This document shows, in pieces, positions 14,201 through 26,861 of a DNA stretch of 64,000 nucleotides (position 1 is its first letter; every line of letters starts with the position of its first letter). The position numbers and the translations under genes were made by a program. This stretch comes from Dimorphilus gyrociliatus. Lineage: Eukaryota; Animalia; Annelida. The notes beneath the pieces were generated by a model, which worked only from the letters and a program-made list of their open reading frames with translations, had not been told where the DNA came from and ran no database searches. Location of the stretch: assembly GCA_904063045.1 (NCBI GenBank), contig CAJFCJ010000014.1, positions 1,237,643 to 1,301,642 of the forward strand, given 5' to 3'.

Positions 14201-17200
14201 AATTTATCGTATAAGTAACATGGATATGGAAATTGAGTTAAGTAGCTTCCAGGTTCAATCACGTCATGACCAACGAATGTATCAATGATAGCTCTCTCAA
14301 TAATATCCTGAATCCACACGAATCCCATATGATAATAGTAATAACCATACGTCCTAGGACCAGGAAACCAATACTTTGGCCTTACTAGTTTGGTTGTTTG
14401 AGTAAAAGTTGAATTTTGACGAATTTTATAAATAACATGGCGAGGCAACGTTCCATTTTCTCGTATATTTGTAAAAATCACACCTAAATAGGCGAGAGAG
14501 AAAAACAAGCATTAATTAAACGAAACGGATAATAAAAGTAAGTAAACGAAAGAGCTTAATGTCTTACTTGCGAAAACTGTCGTATTGTCTCTATAGCTAT
14601 CACGTAGGGTATATTTTATAAGTTCTTTTTCAGTTTTAAAACCTTTAAAGACATTCAGCGATATTCCGCTTATTAGTCTTAACCAACCGCAGGCAGCATT
14701 ATCAATTATATCTAATTTTGCCACATAATCTTCAGGTTCAAGAACCGTAAAATTAGATATTAATCTATCGTTCACGTGTTTATTATTCTTTCGTATACTA
14801 GTTTCCAAAAAGAGTCGTAATTTTGGTGAATCAGTTAAATTTTGTTTCATCTATAAAAGCAAGTTATTTCTTGTTTATCATATTATTTGTTAGTAATATA
14901 TAGTTTACTATTAAATATTTTATAATTAAATATAATTACCTCTTTTATAAGTTGTAAATTTACCCTTGTCGAGTTTAAAGACAGATAATTACGTAATTCA
15001 GATGAAACATTCAGCCATATTCTTGCATAGGATGATATTCTATCAATTGTTGCGAACGTGCTGTTTGCCTATTTATTAAAATAGAACTGATATATAATTT
15101 AAATTGATCTGTATATTGTTAAAGGCATTTATATTTCACAATTTGAAACACAAAGGAAATTCTCCTGTTATTAGAAAAAGAGAAAAGCACTATATCGATT
15201 AAAGAAAGAATATAGTACAGTGCATAAATTTTGTCTTCTATCTAGATCAGGAGATAAAAAATCTCTCTTCTCGTTTGTACTGTAGATCTACTCTATCTAT
15301 TTTTCCCTTATAAAATTAGTTTTTAAAAATATTCAAGTAGTTCTATTATAGATTGTACGTATGGAAATTTGTACAAAAGTGTCCTTATTTTTTGAATGCG
15401 TTCTTTTATCTAGAAAATTTTCCTTGTTTTTTTGTTTCTAAAAAGAGAATTCTATTTTTCTTTACAACTTTGTATTGTTGCTAGTAATACATCGATCATA
15501 TCACCCGAGCTGAAAATTGACCTAAAGAACGTGGACGATAAATATGGGGGAATAAGAGAGCGAGAGAGAGAGAGAGAGAGAGAGACAAAGGAAAAAGGGA
15601 GAAAGAGGAAAGGAGGGGGGGGAGTTGATGAGAATGGAATTATGATTAGAATCAATAGACTAGGAATCTCAATATCGACAACGGCAAAAGAGAATTATAG
15701 AATATTATTAACAAACCTTCTGAATAACTTTATCAGCATCAGTACCGTTTGGTGAATAAAGAACCTTTGGATTACTGTAAAGTACGTGTAGCAAAACTCC
15801 TAGATTTCTATGATTTAAAGCAAGAAGTTCGACATTTCCTTTAAAAAGTTAAAAAAAAAATTATATTTTTAGCCTTTTTCCCTGAGTGATTCATTTACCC
15901 AAATTCACTTCTGGTTCGCTATTAAATGCATCAATTCTATCTTGTGTGACGTTATTACCGCAAATAGTTTGTTGCATTTTGAGCCAGAATTTAACGATAC
16001 CACTGTAACGTTTCCTTTTAGCTTTCTCTATCTAAAAATAAAATTAATGGGTAATAGTAAACATCGCTTCAATCGTTAGATAACATTTTAAGTTGAAATA
16101 CAAGTAATAAATTCTTTAAACTCGTTGCCTATGGACTCAAAAAACATTGAAGATAAAACGGTCAAATAGACCAAAGAGCACCTAATCAATTTATTTAAAC
16201 TAGTTTACTCTGGCGTAAACATGGTATTGCAGAGTAACAAGAGTATAAACTGCAAAATAATTATGTTTGTTTTCTTTGGCAAGGATGGAACAACAAGTCA
16301 ATTAGAATTTGTTTATAGAGTATAAATGAAAATAAACATATAGCATAATCATATATAATAAAATAATAAAGCAATTAAAATCATTTTTATATTTATAATT
16401 GATGAGTCATCAAGGTCATATTTTTAATTATTAAACGTTACTCTATTTAGAATGAAGGGATAAAAGAAATTACATAAGAAAAAGTATTTATATGCGTGCA
16501 GAAGAAATATTATCTATTATTTTAAATAATAATTTAAGAAACGATCAATAATTTCTATAAAAAAATAATCAAATAATTGATTTTTCTTTCAAAAATCAAT
16601 AGATTAAATTTACAATAAAAATCAGAAGGCCTCATAATTTTATATTTTATATAATAATAAACTTACACGTTTTTGACGGTCTTTGATTTCCTTGATATTT
16701 AAATTTTTCTATATGCAATTTATAAATTTATAGTACACTTTGTTAAAAAGAAGGTTAAATATAATATAAAACTGTATCTTAAAATGTTCTTATTATATAG
16801 CTATAAAGCTCGTGTTTGTTTGTCTTTTATATTAGAATTGAAAAAAGAGCTATGCATTTGTTGCATGTACTTAAAAATAATTATCGAATAATAATATTCC
16901 TCTTACCTCTGTTTGTTTTTTATCGTCATCATCTTTGGGATTTTCATCGTTTGGCATTTTTGTTGTGGACTCTGTTGCATTTGATATTGTGTCGTTGAGA
17001 CAGGCGTCTTGTGGTAGGTGAATAGCCCACTCAGACAGAGACGACAATTCAGAGTCAAAAAGCGTTAGCTCCTCAACATCTTGGTAAAACTGTTCAACTT
17101 CGCGAACAGTCCCATTTATCCAATCAAGGAGGTTAGTCTATTATTTCAATTGGAAAGAGAACAATAAATTAATCAATATGGAATAATATGATTGATGAAA

Positions 17201-19010
17201 TATTATCAATAGCAGCTGTATATTAATAAAGCAAACCTTATTTAATAGTGGACGGAAACTCATTGATTCATTTGCAAAAGCTGATAAGCTGGCCCATTGA
17301 TCTTCAGGTAATGCACACAAAGTCGTCTTAAATTTTACTAATTCAGGTTTATCCTTTAATAAAATATAATTCAACAGGCCATCTGAACATGTTGCAGTGT
17401 GCAAACCGGTTGGATTAAGAATATGTGACTGAAGCAATTTATAAGATAATGGTACAGTTTGTTGAAATTTTTGTAATTAATAATTAATTTTACCTTCAGT
17501 AAATTATTGATTAAATCAATTTTTGCTGAATCTGATTGATCCAAATAGACAATTTTCACAAATTTCATTATGAATGAATAGTCACTGTTACTGTAAGCAC
17601 TTCTCTTGAAACGGCTTCGTTGGTCGCGTTCATTTGGTAAGCTCAAAGCATTATTGATTTTATCAGCTATTTTTGTTAAATTTAGTTTGGCATTGAAAAA
17701 CGAGTCGATCTCATTGTCTGTCAGATAATGAAACCTTCTTTTCAAGTTATTCCTTGCGGATGTTTTATTTACAATCAATTCTCCTACTGTTACATCATCT
17801 GCAAATAAAGAATACGTTTCTTCTTTTTAAAAAACAAGTTCCTCTTAAAATAGGCTTTCAACTCACATTCTGTAAAACGGGCAATCAATGGTTCTAGACT
17901 TGCAACTTGATCTACGACCCCTTTGTATACTTTAGGTAGACTTTCCATCTCTTTAGGCGTGAAACCAGGAACAAAGAAATTTTTATTTTCCCCTATCCTC
18001 TGCAATCGTTCTAGGAACTGTTTTACGCTGATAAGAGATTGTATTAAAACCAAGTGCTGATAAGTCTAAATAAAGAATACTTAATTAATCAGAAACAAAC
18101 CTAGCATTAGGCCACTTCTCAATTCTTGTTTCGGAATCTATAGTTGACGAATTGCCATGACAAAATTCTTGCATGATTGGAATAATTCCAGATGAAGGTA
18201 AAGCCCGAGTATGGAAACTAACTATATTTGTAGAAATAGATGCTAAATAGAGTAAAGAGGTAATGTTTACAAACCTTCATGATGTCGGACGGTAGGATGT
18301 TTGGCTCGTATGAAGAGCAAAATAATGAATAATGATAATGGTATAAAGAGCTCGAAAAGCAAGACAAGCTAAAAAGAAAAAAATAGATTTTTATTGTATA
18401 TTTATGTTAATATATCTGTTTAGTATTAGATGAAAAACAATCTTTGTAAAATGTTCCTTATGTTATGTATTAGGAAGATAGTATAGAAAGCTCACGCTTA
18501 TTTATATTACTTGTAACTATTTATTTACTTATCTAATCTTGACCTGCCATTGACTCTTTTAAGACTAGTAGACTATATGCTTATATTTAGACATTAAAAA
18601 TTATATTTCCCGTTACTATGTGTGATATGATTGATAGATTTTACCTTATCAGCTTATTGGAGCAATTTGGACAAAAAGGAAGTAACTTGTCTTATAAAAC
18701 AGAATCAATGAAAACAAGATGTATCTTATTAATAATTGTAGCTAATTAAAGCTTAGAGCATCCTTTAATAATTAATAGAAAAAATCCGGTTGACTTTCTT
18801 CATGCAAACAGCATGGTAAGGTCTATCTTCTTTCTAACTTATCTAACTTTTAGCCAGGAAATGCTCCTTACTCATACAGTTTTTATAAATGTATTGTCAA
18901 TCAATCGATAATGATTTCTTTTTAATCTATCAACTACTTACAGGCCGTCTCTTTTTGAGGGTAAAATTCTTCCACAGCAAAATTCTCAGCTGATGAAAAT
19001 AGCCACCCAT
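8263..19010 (-). CDS. ABCA2: ABC transporter subfamily A member 2-like (18 exons, ~2380 aa)
   Basis: Exons 19010-18942, 18368-18275, 18221-18101, 18027-17867, 17798-17494, 17428-17237, 17137-16907, 16031-15899, 15838-15717, 15068-14940, 14850-14568, 14483-13542, 13025-11926, 11869-11788, 11725-10486, 10394-8675, 8558-8379, 8301-8263 all in phase. Starts [23 protein letters not shown]; NBD1 [20 protein letters not shown]2 [13 protein letters not shown]2-specific-looking segments [20 protein letters not shown] and [15 protein letters not shown]. Confidence 0.93.
13295..13407 (-). other. Candidate alternative (duplicated) ABCA2 exon inside intron 12
   Basis: CAG acceptor at 13410-13408. In phase with exon 12 it reads [18 protein letters not shown]...IQI*, paralleling the start of exon 13 ([18 protein letters not shown]). 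Confidence 0.55.
15555..15585. repeat. (GA)n microsatellite in ABCA2 intron
   Basis: Near-perfect AG/GA dinucleotide run. Confidence 0.9.
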
Positions 19011-19493
19011 CTCAACAGCGAATTTGAATTTGGCAGTTTCTAAGAGAATGTTATCCACTTCACACCAATATGCTTATCCTTAAATGTTGTTTTCAAAATA
19101 CAATGATCGCAAATGATGAAAACTTGTTAAAGCTGTAGTATAACTTATTAAAAGCGGTTGATGGTAGACGCTGACAATTCTGTAGCACCACTCAGGAAAT
19201 TTTTTCTCCACTGAATTGTTTCTACGAAATCTACACGCGCCATTTTGTTTTGTTGTGTTCTGATCTGAAAGCTGATTGGCTCGTATATCGGACGAGGAGA
19301 ATCCCTAACCAAGGATTTCCCTAGTCAGCGTTAAATTTTATAAATGAATTGATTAATGTGTGGGTTAAAGCCGCATTAAATATATTTGTTAAGGAGCCTT
19401 CTTTCAGTATTTTTTATTACGCAATATTTATCATTTTCTATGTAATAAGAAATATGAGGTATTGATAGATATTCTGGTCATTCGCGTCTAATC
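19011..19493. promoter_or_regulatory. Likely bidirectional promoter between divergent ABCA2 and F-box paralog 1
   Basis: Divergent ATGs 483 nt apart. CGCCATTTTG (YY1-like) at 19238-19247 and ATTGG (reverse CCAAT) at 19276-19280. Function is inferred. Confidence 0.35.
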
Positions 19494-21020
19494 ATGTCAG
19501 GAGTACAAAAGAAAGCAAAAAAACCACGTTATGGAATTTTAGGAGTTAAGAAAACAGATAGAATATTTTTTTCAGCTGCGGGAGAAGATTGGTCCTCAGA
19601 TTCGGAAGATGACGATTATCACCCACCAGGCGAAGATGAAATTGTTGAAATTAACACAAAGAAACGAAAACAAGAGAGAAGAAAGAAACAAGCTATTATT
19701 AAAGAAGAAAAGAAAAAGGGAAAGATTGATATCAAATTAAAACAGGGGATAACTACGTGGCACCTTCTACCACCGGAAATTTTAGTTAAAATATTAAAAT
19801 TTTGTTCAATGAACGAAGGTCATCTCAGACTTGATGTATTAGGTACAGTTTGTAACGATTGGAAGAGAGTAGCCCGTACAGAATCATTATGGAAGTATGT
19901 TGATTTAGCTAGAGGATCGGAAATGCTAAATAAAAAAGATTTAGAATCAACATCTAAAAAACTTTACCCTCTGATGCGTAAAACAGAAAGAATAGTACTT
20001 AACAAATCAATTACGATGTCGCAATTCACAAATTTGATACGAAATTTCCAAGAAATTCGTGAAATCTCTTTCAAAGGTTGTTCCAAATTAAAACCTGAAT
20101 TATTAACAGAAATTGCGGAATCGGGAAATTTAAAAAATTTACAAGGCGTCGATTTTAATGGAACGTTTCAAGATTTTATTGGATTGAAAGATATGTTTGT
20201 ATTCATCAATAATATCTTACCTAACTTGACAAAATTAGTCTTGTCAAATAACAAGTTTAACAAAAAAACAATAACAGCAATCTTTCAAAAGGTTGCATCC
20301 GATTGCACAAAACTCAAAATATTTGAACTGGAAAATTGCCATTCATCCGCAATACCTCAGCTAGATTACCTAAGCATGTGTAAAAATTGCCGTTCGTTGA
20401 GAGTGTTGAATTTCAACGATACTCTATTCCATCCATTTAATTCGTCAGGAAATAGTCAAAATGATGAAACAACGTATAAACTTAACCTTGAAGAATTCAG
20501 AATGAGTCAATTTCTTCATGTTAATATTTATGTTTCTCCCTCGTTTATTACAGATTTTATTGGGATGTGTGACAATCTAACTTTACTCGATGTTAATCAT
20601 TTGCGTAATTGCAACAGTTTCAACTTTCTACTCAAATTACATGCTCAAAAATTGAAACATCTGTATCTTAGTAATACCTTTACTAAGAATTTGGTCGATG
20701 ATCTAGAAATGGAATTACAAGTTAGACAAGTGTTTTCAAGATGGGGACCGTCTTTGTTAGATTTGGATCTATCCAAGAATCTTTTGCCAAGTACCGTTTG
20801 GGATGCTATTTTTGATAGTTTCGGACCAAATCCCTCATTAATAACATTAAATTTGGAAAGTAGTAATATAGCTATAGACACTTTAGATTATATTATGAAA
20901 ACCTTTCATAAACTACGTTACGTAAATATAAGTTTATGCCGAACTATCAGAGAGAGAGGAATTAAGAGAGAGTATCAAGCCGAAGAGATAAACATCCTTC
21001 GAAGTAAATTCTATTCCTAA
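19494..21020 (+). CDS. F-box/LRR protein, FBXL6-like paralog 1 (intronless, 508 aa)
   Basis: F-box WHLLPPEILVKILKFC...WKRVARTESLWKYVDL followed by LRR strands (LTKLVLSNN, LRVLNFNDT, LLDLDLSKN, LRYVNISLC). Acidic/basic N-terminus with WSSDSEDDDY and KKRK. Confidence 0.85.
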   Translation: MSGVQKKAKKPRYGILGVKKTDRIFFSAAGEDWSSDSEDDDYHPPGEDEIVEINTKKRKQERRKKQAIIKEEKKKGKIDIKLKQGITTWHLLPPEILVKILKFCSMNEGHLRLDVLGTVCNDWKRVARTESLWKYVDLARGSEMLNKKDLESTSKKLYPLMRKTERIVLNKSITMSQFTNLIRNFQEIREISFKGCSKLKPELLTEIAESGNLKNLQGVDFNGTFQDFIGLKDMFVFINNILPNLTKLVLSNNKFNKKTITAIFQKVASDCTKLKIFELENCHSSAIPQLDYLSMCKNCRSLRVLNFNDTLFHPFNSSGNSQNDETTYKLNLEEFRMSQFLHVNIYVSPSFITDFIGMCDNLTLLDVNHLRNCNSFNFLLKLHAQKLKHLYLSNTFTKNLVDDLEMELQVRQVFSRWGPSLLDLDLSKNLLPSTVWDAIFDSFGPNPSLITLNLESSNIAIDTLDYIMKTFHKLRYVNISLCRTIRERGIKREYQAEEINILRSKFYS

Positions 21021-21987
21021 AAAACTTGTTTACAAGAAATATTTTGGCTTACACTTTGGATTTGTTGTTTTTCTTTTATAGATTATAATATTACTACTTT
21101 TACCAACTAGCGCCATCTATGTTATGAAACTGTTAAAGGATATGGTCTATTTATTTTTTATGTTAGATTGATTAGTGGTTTTTAAAAAAAAACTTTGTTT
21201 TTGTAAAGCGTGAAAGGAAAGAGATGATAAAGTATTTGCTGCAAAAAAACGTGTATTTGTTTTTCATGCTGCTGAAATTTTTATTTATTGCGTAATAACA
21301 AAAAAAATAGAGAGAGAGAGAGAGAGAAAGAATGACATTGAAAAATATGTTAATATTTGCATATTAAATATTAAACTTAATTGTGTGGTGTTTTTTCCAA
21401 GAGTTGGTGTGTTTAACAAATTATGTTCTATTTAAGAGAATATTGAGTGTTTTATACGATAATACGATGTTTTCACTAATCCAATTGGAAAAATATAAAA
21501 AATAATTCTTTTTCACAAGTGTTTATAGGTTTAATTGCTTTGCGGAGGTTGAATAACTTACTTTTACTTTTGTTGGAACATTTGTTCAACAAGAGCACTT
21601 TTAATATAATATTCCTTTTATTTTGGTTTTATTTATACTTTTTTTTTATATATTTAATTGAAATGTTTCGTAAATAAATTTATTTACAGTCGATATATTA
21701 TAGGTATTACCAGTTTATAGTTTGTTTATTAGATTATTTTACCTTTATCCGGCTTTAACTAAAGGAAAATTAGTTTTTACTTAAATTTCACTTGAATTAT
21801 TTTAAATTAAACTCTAAAGCTTTTTTAATTTACAGAGTTTTTATATCTTTTTTTTTATCCAACTCAAATAGTGTAATACTCTGACGATACTTGAATATAC
21901 TTTCTAATTTTCGTCAACTTCCTGTTCAATTTTCTGATTTATGGCTTAAAAAAATACCGTTAGAATAATAATACTCATAACTAAAAG

Positions 21988-23430
21988 ATGACTAGACAAG
22001 GAAGAAGACGGCGTGGATTATTAAAGAGAAAATTTAAGGAGACTGAAGAGCAAATGAAAGAAATTAACTATATTAGAGATCTGCATTTGAGAAAAAACCT
22101 GAAGGATGTAGTAGAGATACAATCATGCCTACCTCCTGAAATTTTGGTAAAAATATTCGGCTATTGCGCCACAAACGAGGGAAATTTAAGTCTGTTTAAG
22201 TTAGCCAATGTCTCATCGGGCTGGGAAAAGTTAATCAAGTCTAAATGCTTATGGAAATGTGTGGATCTCGTAGAAGGTGTTGAAAATCTAACAATTGAAA
22301 AATGGAAGTCAATGAGAAAGACGTTTGTACCCCTTCTTAGGGAAAGCAAAAAAGTTCGTCTCAACACATCAATCATAACGACTAGATGGGATAATTTCTT
22401 TTTTAATTTTCCATCCGTCACCGAAATATCATTTGTAGGAACAAGAAATCTTCGGCCGGAAGTTCTTCTCGATATTATTCATTCCAAAATTAAAATTGAA
22501 TCTCTCAACTTTGACGGTGTATTCTTAAGCTTTATCCCGTCAAAGATTATTCGTAAAATGGCTACAACTATATTACCTAGTCTAAAGAAGCTAGTACTAT
22601 CCAACAACTCTTTATATATAACAGCTATTGAAGTACTGTTTAAAGTAGTGGGTCAGAGTTGTGAACAGCTGGAAGTATTGGAATTAGAGAATTGTTTACC
22701 TCCGAATAGGATTGCCGTCCCAGAATTAGATTATAGTTCAATACGTCGTAATTGCCGTTCTTTGAGAGTATTGAATTTTAGTTTTACTTTTATCGATCCT
22801 CAAATTCCCAAAACAGTATATCCACAGAACGATACATTGGATTTACGAGAACTTCATATGGGCAGTACTATCCGTTCTTATCGACGTTTTGGAGATAACT
22901 TCTTACTAGATTTTGTCGGTAATTGTAAGAATTTAGAGACAATCAATGCTAATTATTTACCAAACTGCAATAGTCTACATTTCCTACAAAAAATTAAGGC
23001 GAAAAGAATGAAAAATTTGTATATTTGTAATATTTTTAATGGAAAATACGATATACAAGCTATTACCTCTCAAGCTACAATCGTATTCGGTAGATGGCAG
23101 TCAACACTATTAACGTTAGACCTATCAAGGAATATTATGATAGATTCACTTTGGTTAACAATATTTGAATCGTTCTGTAAAGACTCACCACTTGAAACTT
23201 TATATCTAAATTGTAGTAATATAACAACAAGACCGTTCATAACTGCCATTAAACAATTTACAAATCTATCATATCTTGATACATCGTATTGCACGAATAT
23301 TATCGAAAGAAGTTTAAGGCAAAAGTTTTATAAAGAAGATTGTAAGAAACTTAAAGTAAACTATTTTTGGTTTGACAATCCCTTATATAATATTCAAAGA
23401 AATTCTGAATACTTTATAGACATTATATGA
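21988..23430 (+). CDS. F-box/LRR protein, FBXL6-like paralog 2 (intronless, 480 aa)
   Basis: F-box SCLPPEILVKIFGYC...LWKCVDL and LRRs (LKKLVLSNN, LRVLNFSFT, LLTLDLSRN) collinear with paralog 1. Confidence 0.85.
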   Translation: MTRQGRRRRGLLKRKFKETEEQMKEINYIRDLHLRKNLKDVVEIQSCLPPEILVKIFGYCATNEGNLSLFKLANVSSGWEKLIKSKCLWKCVDLVEGVENLTIEKWKSMRKTFVPLLRESKKVRLNTSIITTRWDNFFFNFPSVTEISFVGTRNLRPEVLLDIIHSKIKIESLNFDGVFLSFIPSKIIRKMATTILPSLKKLVLSNNSLYITAIEVLFKVVGQSCEQLEVLELENCLPPNRIAVPELDYSSIRRNCRSLRVLNFSFTFIDPQIPKTVYPQNDTLDLRELHMGSTIRSYRRFGDNFLLDFVGNCKNLETINANYLPNCNSLHFLQKIKAKRMKNLYICNIFNGKYDIQAITSQATIVFGRWQSTLLTLDLSRNIMIDSLWLTIFESFCKDSPLETLYLNCSNITTRPFITAIKQFTNLSYLDTSYCTNIIERSLRQKFYKEDCKKLKVNYFWFDNPLYNIQRNSEYFIDII

Positions 23431-24148
23431 AGATGTATTGAATTGTTTTTAATTGTCATTTTTTTTTCCTATTAAATAAAGTATGCAAATTAATTGTAGA
23501 CAAAAGAATGAAACAATGTAACTCCTTTTTAAAAGCGAACGAAAAAAGATTACCCTAAAACAAACACTTAAACATATTTGGTAATATCAATGCTTAAAAA
23601 AAGAACAGCGATAATATAACATTCTAAAAGGGAATTCATAGAAAGCGGGAAATATTTTTTTACCAGTTTTTTTTGAAAACTGTCACTTATTGGCTTATTA
23701 CTATTGTTTGCCAATTAAGCCGTTAGGTGTCAGCTGATACAGAAAATCTCGTAAATTTTTTTTTAAATTGTCGGATAAAAGTCAAAGAAGTTGTTACCAG
23801 GTATGTTAAATATTATTATTGAAATTTCTGATTAGTTTTGCAACAAATGCGTTACGCAAAAAAGTTACCGACATTCTAATCACCGGAAAACAACTATTAT
23901 TACAAGGCGGTTGATGTCTAGGATTAAAATGTACGAGAGCACACATTAAAGCTTATAAATTGGTATTTAAATGAACTTTGCATATATAATCAATGTTTAT
24001 ATTTAGAGCTGAGTATTTTTTTTACTGTTATAAACTTTCATTTAGCATATTTCTGTAATTGACGATTTTATGTACCGTCAGCTACCAATCAGCACTTTCG
24101 TACAATTTCCGGTGTCGTTTTCCTGAAGGAGAAAAATTTTGCTTTATT

Positions 24149-25549
24149 ATGACTGGTACAAAAGACAAAACTAGACAAAGACAACGGAGGAAAAAGACTT
24201 CCTATCATATTAAATCTACTAATGATAGATTAAACACGTTTACGATAAAAGGGGAGTCAAACAAGAGCGGTCAATTAGTTCCAGTAGCCAGCTGGAATTG
24301 TTTACCAATCGAAATTCAAGTAAAAATAATTCATCAGTGTGCGTTGAATGAAGGACATATAAGATTGTTTACATTGGCAAACGTTAATAGCGAATGGAGA
24401 CGGATAATCTCAACTGATTCTTTATGGAAAGATGTTGATTTAGCGAAAGGAACTGAAAAAATACCTGAAAGAGATTTGCACCTAATGACTATATATCTAT
24501 ATCCACTGTTGGATAAGAGTCGAATTGTACGATTCAATAGATCGATTACTGATCAAAACCTTCAAAATTTCACAAATAGCTTTAGCAATATCAGAGAGTT
24601 GATCTTTGAAAAGTATAGCTGTCTCCATCAGACAGTATTATTGCAAATTTCTAAAAATAATCTATTCGATCATTTGATATCTCTAAATCTCACAGGAGCT
24701 ATTGAAGGATCCATATCAAGACCGGTAATGAAAGCATTTATCGATCATGTATTACCAAAACTGAAAAAGCTAGTACTGTCAAACAACTTTCATAAATTGG
24801 ACAGTTTTGAAATGCTATTAGAATATATCTGCACTAAAAGTAATAAATTAGAAATTTTGGAATTAAGCAATTGTCTTCCCAGTGATTTGGGTTCGTTTGC
24901 TAGATTTCAATTTCATTTAATGCGAGAGAATTGTGTAAATTTGAAGGTGTTGAATTTAAGTAATACTTATATTAATCCCGTTCCAAGTTCAACCCTCACG
25001 AACACGGGTGAAAATTTTGATCTAAAAGAATTCTATATGAGCCGTTCAATACATTCCAAATGTAATGGTTCTGAAGAATTTCTAGTCGATTTTATAGGCA
25101 GCTGTAAGAACCTAGAAGTTCTTGATGTTAAATATCTGCCGAATTGTTGCAATTTTGATTTTTTACTTTTTTTGCAAACTGATAAATTGAAATATTTATG
25201 CGTTAGTCATGTGATAAGTTCTATTCCTATTGGACAGGATTTTGCTATTATACAAGTTTCTATTGCTTTCGCTAGATGGAGACATACGTTGTTGGTTTTA
25301 GATATGTCTCAAAATGAATTGTATAGATCTAGTTGGATGGCTATTTTGGAGGGTCTTGGAAGGAATCCAGTTCTCAAAGAGCTATATTTAGAGGGCAGTA
25401 ATATAACTTTTGATGCCGTTAAATTCGCATTAAGGAGATTTACTAATCTGGAGTGTTTAGATCTCCGATCCTGCAATAACATAATGTATCCAAAGCTCAT
25501 TAAAAAGTTCCAAGGAGAGAGTCTGAATGCTCTAAGAAGACAGTTTTAG
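24149..25549 (+). CDS. F-box/LRR protein, FBXL6-like paralog 3 (intronless, ~466 aa)
   Basis: First in-frame ATG at 24149 (the ORF track starts at an upstream TTG). F-box WNCLPIEIQVKIIHQC...LWKDVDL and LRRs LKKLVLSNN, LKVLNLSNT, LLVLDMSQN. Confidence 0.85.
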   Translation: MTGTKDKTRQRQRRKKTSYHIKSTNDRLNTFTIKGESNKSGQLVPVASWNCLPIEIQVKIIHQCALNEGHIRLFTLANVNSEWRRIISTDSLWKDVDLAKGTEKIPERDLHLMTIYLYPLLDKSRIVRFNRSITDQNLQNFTNSFSNIRELIFEKYSCLHQTVLLQISKNNLFDHLISLNLTGAIEGSISRPVMKAFIDHVLPKLKKLVLSNNFHKLDSFEMLLEYICTKSNKLEILELSNCLPSDLGSFARFQFHLMRENCVNLKVLNLSNTYINPVPSSTLTNTGENFDLKEFYMSRSIHSKCNGSEEFLVDFIGSCKNLEVLDVKYLPNCCNFDFLLFLQTDKLKYLCVSHVISSIPIGQDFAIIQVSIAFARWRHTLLVLDMSQNELYRSSWMAILEGLGRNPVLKELYLEGSNITFDAVKFALRRFTNLECLDLRSCNNIMYPKLIKKFQGESLNALRRQF

Positions 25550-25790
25550 TGAAATATTTTTGTTATGCTTTGTTCAATTTTGTATCATTCAAGTGTAGAA
25601 TATTTTGAAATCAGTTAGGTACTTTATCATTTCATGATAAGGAGATTATACATTCTGTTAATGTTACGGATTTCAACATACACGTTATTTTAGCTTATTC
25701 TCTTTTTTCTCGTTTAAATAATTTATTAATTCGACAAGCTGTTATCTGAAATCCATACGGGAATTTAGGAGAAATTGGATAAAATAGGAT

Positions 25791-26861
25791 TTACGAATAA
25801 AGCAATGTTTTTAAACAAATAAACAATGTTAATATCAATGACGTTGACGACAAAAAATGTTTTAAGCTACTTTGTCCAGCTTTTTGAAAGGCTACGACGT
25901 CTTTTAAATTGTGTGGTGTGACCTTTAGGTGAACGACCGGGGATACTCCCACTTTTAAATCTTTTATCTCGGCACCACTGCCTGAGCCACTTCCAACATC
26001 GTTATAATCCCCGCTATAATCCCCGCTTTTGTCTTCGCCTGATCCCATTAAATCTTTCAATGTATTATCTCGCACACAATTTTCGGTATCTTCAAGAAGT
26101 TTCATAACAGTTTCACGTTGTTCCTGATACTCATTACAATAGCAACGCGTCTTAAGTTCATTAAGGGTTCTACACCTAATAGGAGGTGTTTGTATTTTCT
26201 GCGCCAAGGTTATACAAATAACATTTATCCTAAAACATCCAGCGACAGTAACTTTCGAAAATTATGAAAAGAGAAAATAATACAATTAGCCCAACATAGG
26301 CTAAATTGAAAGTAAATCGGCATCAGAAAATACACTCACGACAAGAGTCCTGTAGACTTTTAGCTAAAACTTTCGTATATAAATTATCGCAGCGGGTTTC
26401 AATGCATTTGTCCAATTTTGCGCCGTTAGCTAGACAAGTTGATATTGAGTGATTAGACGAGGTCAAATCAGGTAAAATTCTTCGTTGTTCAATATTACAT
26501 TTTCCGCAATTTGCTCGAAATTGCTGAGCTATCATATTGATTTGAAATTGTGCTTCTTGTATACTTAGACCGCTAGCTGGAGATTAAATTTATATAATTT
26601 TTTTATTGTTTATTTAAATAATACAAAAGGTGGATAGGGAAGGAAGGAAAGAGTGGGAGGGAGAGAGAGAAGGGAGATATATAAAATTTGATTAATAATC
26701 AATAAAAATCATTTAGTCACCTAATTAATTAAATAATTAAATTTAAGAAACTAATAAAAGAAAAATATAATAATAAATGAATTAATAAAAATTAGATATC
26801 ACTGACCCAAATAGTAAAGGTTAGTGATAAACAATCCAATAGTTGTTGTTGGGGAAAACAT
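25791..26861 (-). CDS. Small secreted Cys-rich, Ser-Gly-rich protein with GPI-type tail (3 exons, ~250 aa)
   Basis: Exons 26861-26807, 26576-26340, 26251-25791 in phase. Signal-peptide-like MFSPTTTIGLFITNLYYLASG, 12 Cys, acidic SG cluster (GSGEDKSGDYSGDYNDVGSGSGSGAE) and hydrophobic C-terminus (FLSSTSLILTLFICLKTLLYS). Confidence 0.75.

Noticed and set aside
15432-15755. ORFs containing RERERE or SLSLSL runs (also 35302, 53491-53840, 55147, 60390-60627, 61579)
   Set aside because: Translations of GA/CT microsatellite and purine-rich tracts, with no splice or homology support.
16100-16250. Possible extra ABCA2 exons in intron 7
   Set aside because: They would need a 27-nt intron and introduce stops; flanking exons already join in phase.
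19113-19175. ATGATGA ... CTGA resembling a C/D box snoRNA
   Set aside because: No terminal stem or clear guide sequence, and it sits in a divergent promoter rather than an intron.
20645-25500. Short - strand ORFs inside the F-box genes
   Set aside because: Antisense shadows of the long coding sequences.
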